From a virus (Duplodnaviria; Caudoviricetes): a DNA stretch of 39,591 bases. The notes beneath the pieces were generated by a model. That model had not been told where the DNA came from, ran no database searches, and worked only from the letters and a program-made list of their open reading frames with translations. Position numbers and translations under genes: made by a program. The stretch lies in the IMG/VR virus record IMGVR_UViG_3300012667_000787, positions 1 through 39,591 of that record. The stretch is one strand, 5' to 3'. Shown one piece after another: positions 14,641 to 22,593 of this stretch; position 1 is the stretch's first letter; every line of letters starts with the position of its first letter.

Positions 14641-16231
14641 GCCCAGCGATCCACGTTCCCGGCGTTCCGGCGACGGAGCAGCCCCAGCACATTGGCTGCC
14701 CGCTGGCCACGTTGCTGTTCCACACGATATCCCCCCGCCCCCGCGCGCCCGTGGTTGGCGGGGCCGTGCCGTAGGTCATATTCCGCGCGTTGTTGCCGCC
14801 GCCTAGGAAAAAGCTGGGGAAGTTGATATGCTCACCCACAGCGGCGGATCGGCCATAGGTCGCGGCGGTGATGTTGTTGCCAAAGTTGATCAGGTTCAGC
14901 GCGCTTTCACCCCAGCGCATGTAAGCCCCGGTTGCATCTGTATTCCAGGCTATGCGGAACGGGTAAGATATGCCCGTGATGCTGTGCCGCGATGAAATGA
15001 TGCTTTGCGGTTCCGAGCCAAGGTCCGCTGTGTGGACTGGCGTATTGGCCCTGAACCCGCCCCGCGCGTTGCCAAGCGATTTCGGCCCGTTCCCCACATC
15101 GTTGAAAAGCACAGGCCCCTGCACGTCGTTGAACGCGGCGAAGTTGTCAGCACGGGGCGAGTAGACAGGCCCGCGCCATTGGATGTTATCGCCAAAGCCC
15201 ATTTCCGCATAAACGGCATGGAGCGGCGATTGGTTGTTGCAGAAATAGGCCCCGGACGCGTTGCTTTCGGAGTGGTGGCCTGCGTGGAAGTTGTTAAGGA
15301 AACTGCCCTCGTAAACGCCCCAGCCGCCGTTGCGGGTCACGTTCATCATTTCGCACCAGCCCGCGTTGGCATCGGTGCCTTGAATGCGGACGCCATCACC
15401 CCTGTTGTTGTCAATGAAGCAGTGTCTAACGATAAAGCCGTTAGCGTTGCCCTGATACGGGTTGCCGTCAGACCCTGCCATGATGGAAATGCCATGGCCC
15501 GCGAAGTCCAAGAACCCGCAGCGATAGACGAAAGCCCGCGCCCGCAGCCAGATCCCCGATTTTAGTTCGTCAAACGCCGAACCGCGCTGCCCCACAAACT
15601 TGATGCCGATTATTTCGCTTTCCTGCGCGTCAAACGGGTCTGAAAAATCAACCACCTCGCCTATAGTGTTGAAGCGGTTTACGATCAGGCCAGCCGTGGA
15701 CGGGGGAAACAGAAAGTCAGTCCCGCGCGCGTAGTTAAAGCCCGTGTATTTGCCGACAAGCCGGGTTGTGGCCTTTAGCTGAATGGTGCCGCTGAAAGCA
15801 TACTGCCCCGCGCTGAAATTGATCGTTGGACCTTGCCGGACGCCCAGCCCGATATTTACCGCCCGTGTGAAAAGGCGGTTGATCTTGGCGAGGTTGTCCC
15901 CGTTGTTGGCTTTGAACGGGGCCATCCCGTCGAAATTGTATTCCCCGTTCGGATCGGGAAGCAGCTTCAGCCGCACCCCGCCCGCCGTTTGTAGGTCAAA
16001 GTCAGACGAGCCGGACGCCATCACTTCATAGCGGAAGCCCTCGGCCTTGGTAGTGATTATATCCCCCGCCGCTACTGATTTTAGCGACAGCGTGGAATAT
16101 GTGAAGGCCGTGGATGCCAGCAAGAGCGGCAGGCTTTTGGCCGTCAGCCCCGGCTCCATGAAGTTGGCAATGAGGTTGTTGATCTTGGTCCGAACGGGAC
16201 CAAGGCTTTCGCCGTTTGCAATCGTTGTCAT
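14627..16231 (-). CDS. Beta-helix tailspike/depolymerase without a recognisable virion-anchor domain
   Basis: Pectate-lyase-like repeats (INFSAGQY, NNRGDGVRI, RNGGWGVY); N-terminal IANGES...RTKIN; C-terminal RGDIVWN...GTPGTW. Confidence 0.8.
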   Translation of the reverse strand: MTTIANGESLGPVRTKINNLIANFMEPGLTAKSLPLLLASTAFTYSTLSLKSVAAGDIITTKAEGFRYEVMASGSSDFDLQTAGGVRLKLLPDPNGEYNFDGMAPFKANNGDNLAKINRLFTRAVNIGLGVRQGPTINFSAGQYAFSGTIQLKATTRLVGKYTGFNYARGTDFLFPPSTAGLIVNRFNTIGEVVDFSDPFDAQESEIIGIKFVGQRGSAFDELKSGIWLRARAFVYRCGFLDFAGHGISIMAGSDGNPYQGNANGFIVRHCFIDNNRGDGVRIQGTDANAGWCEMMNVTRNGGWGVYEGSFLNNFHAGHHSESNASGAYFCNNQSPLHAVYAEMGFGDNIQWRGPVYSPRADNFAAFNDVQGPVLFNDVGNGPKSLGNARGGFRANTPVHTADLGSEPQSIISSRHSITGISYPFRIAWNTDATGAYMRWGESALNLINFGNNITAATYGRSAAVGEHINFPSFFLGGGNNARNMTYGTAPPTTGARGRGDIVWNSNVASGQPMCWGCSVAGTPGTWIAGPNWP

Positions 16232-16320
16232 GTATCACTCCAAGTGCCGCTATCGTCCCAAGTCCCTGCGTCAGACCAAACCCCACCCTCCAAGCCAGAG
16301 GGCGGGGGCGCTAAGGGTTT
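16228..16320 (-). other. Putative programmed -1 frameshift element and 28-aa extension
   Basis: A_AAC_CCT_TAG, a 6-nt spacer and a 10-bp hairpin. The -1 frame reads LAPPPSGLEGGVWSDAGTWDDSGTWSDT* with ATGA overlap to the next gene. Confidence 0.75.
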
Positions 16321-18719
16321 TCAAGAGCACTCAACCAAGCCACGAGGCTTGCCCTTTCACCTGCGGTAATGGTTTTTACGACGTGCATAACGCCGTAAAT
16401 CTTCATGGCCGTAGTCGTCCCGGTCACGCCGCGCCCGATGCGATGCGGGCGGTTTGCGGGCATGTTGGTGGCGTTGGTCGGGGTGATAGTCGTGAATGCG
16501 CCGCCATTCAGCGCCGCCGAAAGTTGCGTTTCAAACCGCGCCTCTGGCACACAGAACGTGGTCGGCATGATCGGGCCAAGCGCAGAGTTGCCGGGGAAAG
16601 CGGTATCTGCTTTCACCTGCCCGGTCGCACTCATCGTAAGGATGCGGTGCAAGCCGCCGCCTGCCAGCGTTGGCGCGTAAGTGATAATCCCTACGTTGTC
16701 CGCAAACGCGCCGTCAATATCGACAGCCGCCATCATCGTGCTTTCTTGGTTGCCCGTTGGCGTCGCAAAGTTCACGCTGTCCAGCGCATCGTCCGTGCCG
16801 TCAAATTCCAGATACAACGCGCCGGAACCGTTGGCCCGCACGACAGGCCGCGCGCCTGCGGTGCCTTGCTCAAGATAGGTCACGCCGCTTGCAAGGTTAA
16901 CGCGCCACGAACCGACAGGCTGCCCAACCGCAGTAACTTGCGTCGTGCGGGCGGTGTCCTGCCACAGATCAGCAAAGGTAATGCGGGGCGACCAAAAGCC
17001 GTCAATGCCCGTGGTGAAAACGTCCGCAGGCGTAAAGACGGCACCCGCCGCAATGGCAGCCGTCCCCGCGCTGGTGGCGGTGGTGGAACCTGCGGTGTTG
17101 GTCTCGATCTGCCGAACGCTGATGACTGTCCCCACGTCTGCGGTAACAAGCAGATAGGTGCTTGACGTTGCCCCGCCGATATCCACGCCGTTGCGCCGCC
17201 ATTGCCATGTGCGGGTGGGTGCCGGGTTGCCCGTGACAGATGCAGCCGATGCCGTCAGGACTTGCCCTTCGGTCGTGGTGCCGCTGATCGTCGGGACGCC
17301 CGTAATGACCGGGGCGACAGGCGTTAGCAGGACAGTCAGAGCCGCAGCCGCCAGAACGGAAAGGTTCTGATGCCCTTGCGGTGCCGGGTGCAGGCCGTCG
17401 CCATACAGGTTCGTGTTGGCAGCCGCAGCTTGCGGCCCCATCACAGGATCTGCCGCGAAGTCGCACAGCCCATCCGCGAAGGATGCCCAGTTGTCCCTGA
17501 TCAGCGTATTCAGGTTGTTGCGGGTAGTCTGCTGCGTCCCGTTCCATGCGTTGTTGGGCAGGATGGTAGAAACGATGATTTGCGCGCCATCGGCCCGCAC
17601 AAGCCCCGCGTAGGACTGAATATCGGCATAAATCTGCGCTGCTGTGCGCCCGCCCACAGTGAGGTCGTTTGTCCCCATGTGCAGGAAGGCAATGCGCTGC
17701 GTCCCCGGATATGCCGTAAACAGCGCGCGAGGCAGGCCCGTTGCGTAGTTGGCGACGAAGTTGACAAGCTGCTGACCACCTTCCGCTGCGCCGTAGCAGT
17801 TCGCCCCCAGCACACGCGAAGCACGAGCGGCGTAGCCAAAGCCGCGCGGGTCGCCCGTGCCTGCCGTGATGCTGTCGCCCACAAAGCTAACACGCGGCCC
17901 TGCGGTGATAATGCCGCCGAACGCGCCAGACAGCGCGGTTTTGATCGCAGCCCGGTCGCCCGTTGAAAGCGCGGAGGTGTAGCCAACGAATATGTCGTGA
18001 TCGTTGTTGAGAAAAAAGCTGCTATCCGCCGTGCCGATGGTGCCGCCCGTTTCCGTCCCGATTGACAGCGCGGAGTTTGTGTCCAGCATGTCGTTGAACG
18101 CCCGCACTGCGCCCGTGGCCGAAAGGTGAAATTCGGAAACCATGCGGCTGAGAGGGTAGAACAGATTGGAGCCTGCGGTTTGCAGCGCGCGCCCGTTTTG
18201 TGCCAGAAAGTAAGGGTCGCCAGCAGAGCCGACACGCCAGATGCCAAGCTGACCGCCGGGGCCGTTGCGCCCGCCTGATGCGGTGTAGAACGACGAATTG
18301 CGGCGATCAAACGACAGCCCAGCCGGAAGCGTGTAAAGCGTGTTGCTGTGGTTTGTAACGAGGTTGCCGCCCTGCCGATAATCCGGCCCGATGGTCGCGC
18401 GGCGGGTGCCGTCGGTCTGCACGTCGGTATGGTTGCCCGCGCCGCTTTGGTCATACCAGCGCGTGATTTGCCCGGTCTGAACGCCCAGGTGCGCGAATAG
18501 CGCGGTTTCGTTCAGCCGATAGCCCGTGAAACCGATATCCACCTCTGCGCTGTCGGAAGGCCGCAGAACCCGAATGGCGGGGCCGGAATATGCCTCGCGC
18601 AGCCTCACGGTGCCGTAGATGAAAGCAGGCGTTGCCGTGACGGCGGCGAATAGCGCGGCGGGGTTGTAGCCCGCAGCGCTTTGTTGGCTGGACAAGCCGA
18701 TCTTCAGGCCGAGCGCCAT
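16311..18719 (-). CDS. Multidomain virion fibre: lectin-like (ConA/LamG) - SGNH esterase - Ig-like - LamG
   Basis: SGNH blocks FVGDSIT, GTND and DGLHP; ITRWYDQSGAGN; Ig-like PTISGT...TWQWRRNGVDI; N-terminal MALGLKIGLS. Confidence 0.85.
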   Translation of the reverse strand: MALGLKIGLSSQQSAAGYNPAALFAAVTATPAFIYGTVRLREAYSGPAIRVLRPSDSAEVDIGFTGYRLNETALFAHLGVQTGQITRWYDQSGAGNHTDVQTDGTRRATIGPDYRQGGNLVTNHSNTLYTLPAGLSFDRRNSSFYTASGGRNGPGGQLGIWRVGSAGDPYFLAQNGRALQTAGSNLFYPLSRMVSEFHLSATGAVRAFNDMLDTNSALSIGTETGGTIGTADSSFFLNNDHDIFVGYTSALSTGDRAAIKTALSGAFGGIITAGPRVSFVGDSITAGTGDPRGFGYAARASRVLGANCYGAAEGGQQLVNFVANYATGLPRALFTAYPGTQRIAFLHMGTNDLTVGGRTAAQIYADIQSYAGLVRADGAQIIVSTILPNNAWNGTQQTTRNNLNTLIRDNWASFADGLCDFAADPVMGPQAAAANTNLYGDGLHPAPQGHQNLSVLAAAALTVLLTPVAPVITGVPTISGTTTEGQVLTASAASVTGNPAPTRTWQWRRNGVDIGGATSSTYLLVTADVGTVISVRQIETNTAGSTTATSAGTAAIAAGAVFTPADVFTTGIDGFWSPRITFADLWQDTARTTQVTAVGQPVGSWRVNLASGVTYLEQGTAGARPVVRANGSGALYLEFDGTDDALDSVNFATPTGNQESTMMAAVDIDGAFADNVGIITYAPTLAGGGLHRILTMSATGQVKADTAFPGNSALGPIMPTTFCVPEARFETQLSAALNGGAFTTITPTNATNMPANRPHRIGRGVTGTTTAMKIYGVMHVVKTITAGERASLVAWLSALENP

Positions 18720-18732
18720 GGGGGTTACTCCG

Positions 18733-18761
18733 TTGTCATTTCGTGGGGGATGGGGTAGGAT
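18733..18761 (+). promoter_or_regulatory. Sigma70-type promoter antisense to the late operon
   Basis: TTGTCA-17 nt-TAGGAT in an intergenic gap. Confidence 0.5.
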
Positions 18762-18861
18762 GCGCGCTAGGCGTAGCCTGCGAGGCCCGGCGTCACCTTG
18801 GGGAGGGCGTCAGCGCATTAGGGCCTATGGGTTGCGGTGAACCTGAAGCAAAATCACCGCG

Positions 18862-19074
18862 TCACCACCCCGCATAAGCCTCAAGCAGCGACAGCACGAC
18901 AAAGCCGGATTTCCGCATGGCGTTCACGTCGTCGCCTGCCAGCGCGCGGGCGTGGTCTGCGGCGGGCTTTTGCAGCCGATCAACCGCCGTTACGCTTGGC
19001 GTAGTCGTGCAGCTTGCGGCGAAGAACAGCGTCGCTATCGCCAGTGCCTGTGTCAGCTTGGTTGAGACGTTCAT
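18862..19074 (-). CDS. o-spanin (Rz1-like lipoprotein)
   Basis: Hydrophobic signal with lipobox FAAS-C; overlaps the i-spanin. Confidence 0.75.
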   Translation of the reverse strand: MNVSTKLTQALAIATLFFAASCTTTPSVTAVDRLQKPAADHARALAGDDVNAMRKSGFVVLSLLEAYAGW

Positions 19075-19225
19075 GGGCTTCCAACTCCTGTTTCATTTCG
19101 CCGTTCTTGGCCTGCGCCTTGTCCAGCCGATCCGACAGCCACCGCGCCCGGATGCCCATCGCGCCGAACGCGAAGGCAGCCGCCATCAGCAGCGCAAGAC
19201 GCCAGTTTTGGATGAACCAGATCAT
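18980..19225 (-). CDS. i-spanin (Rz-like)
   Basis: N-terminal TM plus coiled coil, directly after the endolysin. Confidence 0.75.
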   Translation of the reverse strand: MIWFIQNWRLALLMAAAFAFGAMGIRARWLSDRLDKAQAKNGEMKQELEAHERLNQADTGTGDSDAVLRRKLHDYAKRNGG

Positions 19226-20223
19226 CGGCTGTCATTTGCCCCCGTGCGGGCATCCTCGACGCGCAATTCCTCAATCCGCTGGAAGCGCCGCCACAGCAGG
19301 AAGCCGCCGATGCCAACAGCAATCAATGCGATCACCCACGGCCCCGCAGAGGCCGCTACAGCCACCAGACTGCCCGCGCGCTGCGCTACCTCCACCGCCT
19401 GCTCAACAGCCCCGACAGCCGCGCCTGCGCCCGCTACGGTGACAGTCGCCGCCGTGATGGTCTTGCCCTCATCGGCAGCCTTGATCGTGCGGCTTCCGGC
19501 CAGATCCTCTTTCGTCACATCGCGCAGGGCGCGGGGAACGGCAGTCGCCAGCACGGCGCGGGTTTGCGGCCCCACCTTGCCATCGGCCACAAGGTCATTG
19601 TCGGTCTGGAACTCCATCACCGCGCCTTTTGTGCGTGGCCCGAAAATGCCGTCCTGCCGCCCGCTGAAATAGCGCAGTTCGGCCAAGCGGGCTTGCAGCG
19701 CGCGGACGGCCTCGCCTTCGGATTTCAGCATCAGAACCGGGACAGTCGCGGTTGGCTTCTTGACGGGTTCCGGGTCGAAGTCATCAGCGAAAAGGTTTGC
19801 AGCGTTCATGCGCGCTCCTGCGGGGTATGTATTGCGGTCCAGTTCAAAATGCGGCCCGTCGCGGAACGATTTCCAATCACCGCCCCAAACGATTTTCACG
19901 CCCTCGGCCTGCGCCACGTCTTTGATGATCGGCGCAATCAGGCGGTAGAGTTCCCACAGCCGCTTGTCGTTGCGCCCGCTAACAGCCTCGCCCGTGGTCG
20001 GGTCAATCGGCCAGATATCGACAGCGTGGCCCGTCAGGTGGCGGCTATTCATGGTTTTGGAAAACCCTTGGTCCACCAGCTCACGTTGCCGCGCCTGGGT
20101 GCGCAGGCCTTCGATCACTCGGAACAGGATCGGGCTTGCCTCGCGCGCCCGGTCCATCACGCGGCGCAGATCGGGGTGAACACCCTCAAGACTGCGCAGG
20201 CTTCTCGCATCCCATTGCGTCAT
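19222..20223 (-). CDS. Endolysin: M15 peptidase + PG-binding domain + C-terminal TM
   Basis: LEGVHPDL, SRHLTGHAVD, WGGDW, DGPHFE; DGIFGPRT and DGKVGPQT repeats; WVIALIAVGIGGFLLW. Confidence 0.92.
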   Translation of the reverse strand: MTQWDARSLRSLEGVHPDLRRVMDRAREASPILFRVIEGLRTQARQRELVDQGFSKTMNSRHLTGHAVDIWPIDPTTGEAVSGRNDKRLWELYRLIAPIIKDVAQAEGVKIVWGGDWKSFRDGPHFELDRNTYPAGARMNAANLFADDFDPEPVKKPTATVPVLMLKSEGEAVRALQARLAELRYFSGRQDGIFGPRTKGAVMEFQTDNDLVADGKVGPQTRAVLATAVPRALRDVTKEDLAGSRTIKAADEGKTITAATVTVAGAGAAVGAVEQAVEVAQRAGSLVAVAASAGPWVIALIAVGIGGFLLWRRFQRIEELRVEDARTGANDSR

Positions 20224-20390
20224 TTCCGCTCATCCAATATTGCTTCAATTCGAATTAACCGCCGCTCTATTTCACGCAGGACGGTCGCGGCTTCCTCTTT
20301 GCCGTCGCTTTTTGGCGTCCGGGTGATGTAGAGGTAAATCAGGAAGCCAAGCGTCGGGCCGAAAGTCGTTGCAAGTTCACTCAGCGTCAC
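20220..20390 (-). CDS. Small single-TM protein (holin/antiholin candidate)
   Basis: GGAGG then GTG; TM plus coiled coil; ATGA-coupled to the endolysin. Confidence 0.6.
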   Translation of the reverse strand: MTLSELATTFGPTLGFLIYLYITRTPKSDGKEEAATVLREIERRLIRIEAILDERK

Positions 20391-20793
20391 GATGAACGGC
20401 CTCCCAGAACATCCGGGCAAAGGCCGGGGCGAAGTAGATTGTGCACCAAAAACCAATCACCGCTTCGCCACCCGTCACGAGGGCTGAATAGCCCAACGCA
20501 AGAAAGTTTAGCATCTGGACGCCGGATCCAACCGCCACCATCCAACGCTTGACGGGGTTTAGCAGCCCCGCCCAAACCAATGTTGAGGATGCCATCATCA
20601 GCATGGCCCAAAACTCAGCCGGGAATAGAAGGGCAAAGCCGCCAAACACATCGGCGCTAAACGCTTCGCCTTGCAACCTCGCTTCAATCCAGAACAGCGA
20701 CCCGACAATGAATATTGCGATCTGCTCATGCATCAAACGCGGATGGGCCAAATAATCCGGCTGCAACACCCGCGCTAGTTTGCGAACATTCAT
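20377..20793 (-). CDS. Multi-TM membrane protein (holin candidate)
   Basis: About four hydrophobic helices; GGAGGT RBS; lysis-cassette position. Confidence 0.6.
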   Translation of the reverse strand: MNVRKLARVLQPDYLAHPRLMHEQIAIFIVGSLFWIEARLQGEAFSADVFGGFALLFPAEFWAMLMMASSTLVWAGLLNPVKRWMVAVGSGVQMLNFLALGYSALVTGGEAVIGFWCTIYFAPAFARMFWEAVHRDAE

Positions 20794-20805
20794 AAGCACC
20801 TCCAT

Positions 20806-21153
20806 CTAAGCGTGTTCCGGCAAACGGCGGCGCACGCCCCAAGCGAGGAACAGGCACCAGACGGCAAAGGCACCCCAAGCCGTCCAGTATCCGGCCTCAT
20901 AGCCGCAGATCAGCGATGCCCCCGCCATGACGCAGGCGCTGTCTTCCATCGCGTCGGCAAGGCCCGCGCCGAACCGCTGCTTGCCCCATTCCCAAAACAC
21001 GAGGTAGACCGTAAACACGGCAAGAGGCGCGATATACGGGCCAAGGAAGGGCATCAGAGCCAATCCGGCAGGCACACCCACCAGAACCGAATGACCCGCT
21101 TGGTTGGTCAGAAAACCATACGGGTCTTTCGGAAAGCCGTTCGGGGGGAACAT
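20806..21153 (-). CDS. Membrane protein
   Basis: Hydrophobic; DPYGFLTNQAGH motif. Confidence 0.65.
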   Translation of the reverse strand: MFPPNGFPKDPYGFLTNQAGHSVLVGVPAGLALMPFLGPYIAPLAVFTVYLVFWEWGKQRFGAGLADAMEDSACVMAGASLICGYEAGYWTAWGAFAVWCLFLAWGVRRRLPEHA

Positions 21154-21155
21154 GA

Positions 21156-22412
21156 TTATTCCCACGATACGTTGACGGTGCCAAGGTCGAAGGTTTGCAC
21201 ACCCCCGACAGTTGTAAGGCGAACGCGGTCAAGCGTGGCTGACAGGGTTTTAGCGCCGACAGAGGTGTAATATCTGGCCGCGTCAGTTCTTGCCACGGCC
21301 CCATCAACAACCCAAGTGTTGCCGTTGAAACGGCTGATCGTAATAATCCCCGTTACAGTCCCGGCAGCGCCGCCTGTCGCTATAATTTCAAACCCGGTCC
21401 CGCCGAAAACAGCCGGGGTTACGCTGGCCTGAACGTTGGTTATCACGCCCGTGTAGCCCGTCGTTTCCACCCCGCCGCTATCCCCGATTTGCACAAGCAG
21501 CGTGTCGGAACTTGTTGTGGACACGCCCACCAGCATCAGTTTGACGCGGTTTGCGGTGGCCGGGATGCTGGTGAAGTCAATGGACGTGCCAGAGGTGGAG
21601 GCGACAGCCGTGCCGAGCGTGATGCCCGTGGATGTCGGCGTGAACCAAGACGGGTTAGCGCCTGCCCCGTTGGTTCGCAAAAGCTGGCCTGACGTGCCAG
21701 CCGCAAGGCGCGTCCAATTTGTTGCCGACCGAAACAATACGTCGCCCTGTGTCGCGCCGATGTCGGCAATGATGTTTTCTCGCCATGCGCCCCACGTCGA
21801 TGAGGTCATGCGGCGATAAAACACGCGGTCTGTCGTGTCGTGATACAGGATCATCCAGGCGCTGCCCGCCGTTTCCCGCTCAATCCGCACGGCCCCGGTA
21901 TCCGCCGCAGCAACGCCTGTGGGATACGTGCCTGTGGTTGTCGCATCAAAGCGATATTGGCCGCTTGCGGTGTTGGTGGCGTTCAGATCGGCAATCAGCG
22001 AAACCGAACCCGTGACGCCAAGGCCGAAGGGCGCAAAGCCGCTGGCCGCCGATGCCGCCGCGCCTTCAATCGCCGCCTGCACGTTGGTAAACGGCAAATC
22101 CACCGTGGGGGCGAAGCTGATGGACGATGCCCCCGCCCCGGCTGCGGCCACCTTCTCGCACGGATCCAGCGTGTAGCCCGTGCTTTCGTCAGCCTGCGTG
22201 ACAACCACCTTGACCGGGCCGCCGGACACGAACGCCTGCGGCCACCGCCCGCTTGCGTCGGCAATCAGCGGCGACGGATGCGGCACGGTTTCCGACTGAT
22301 CGGTGTAGACCGTGCGAGGCGTGGTTGTCCCCGCATCGTAAAAACGCGCCCGCGCTGCCGACAGCGTGAACGTGGTTTGGCCGGGGGGCGAAAAGTCGAG
22401 AAGGTCGGACAT
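21156..22412 (-). CDS. Tail fibre/spike with N-terminal virion-binding domain
   Basis: FYDAGTTTPRTVYTD...HPSPLIADASG anchor; pyocin-knob-like segment (TWGAW); GTSGQLL repeat; beta-sandwich tip. Confidence 0.8.
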   Translation of the reverse strand: MSDLLDFSPPGQTTFTLSAARARFYDAGTTTPRTVYTDQSETVPHPSPLIADASGRWPQAFVSGGPVKVVVTQADESTGYTLDPCEKVAAAGAGASSISFAPTVDLPFTNVQAAIEGAAASAASGFAPFGLGVTGSVSLIADLNATNTASGQYRFDATTTGTYPTGVAAADTGAVRIERETAGSAWMILYHDTTDRVFYRRMTSSTWGAWRENIIADIGATQGDVLFRSATNWTRLAAGTSGQLLRTNGAGANPSWFTPTSTGITLGTAVASTSGTSIDFTSIPATANRVKLMLVGVSTTSSDTLLVQIGDSGGVETTGYTGVITNVQASVTPAVFGGTGFEIIATGGAAGTVTGIITISRFNGNTWVVDGAVARTDAARYYTSVGAKTLSATLDRVRLTTVGGVQTFDLGTVNVSWE

Positions 22413-22440
22413 TGCCGGAATGCCTCGCAGTTGCTATGTT
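22412..22440 (+). promoter_or_regulatory. Promoter for the reverse-oriented small gene
   Basis: TTGCCG-17 nt-TATGTT with an extended TG. Confidence 0.6.
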
Positions 22441-22461
22441 CAGGGGCTTGGAGGTGCGCGC

Positions 22462-22593
22462 ATGGAAATTTTGGCTGCGCTAGTCGCGGTGATCGTCTTG
22501 GCCTACCTGAACAAGTGGAACGAGCGCCGCGTGGACGCCCGCGTTCAGCGAAAGCTTGATCGGGTCTTGGGGCGCGATGAAGATCAGCGCTGA
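22462..22593 (+). CDS. 43-aa single-TM moron (superinfection-exclusion candidate)
   Basis: GGAGGT RBS; MEILAALVAVIVLAYL then a basic tail; opposite strand to its neighbours. Confidence 0.7.
   Translation: MEILAALVAVIVLAYLNKWNERRVDARVQRKLDRVLGRDEDQR

Noticed and set aside
16026-16286. 86-aa ORF MGFGLTQGLG..., or TAG read-through of the fibre gene
   Set aside because: The SD abuts the GTG and is buried in the hairpin, and the ORF overlaps the tailspike out of frame with non-protein-like sequence. The -1 frame explains the region better.
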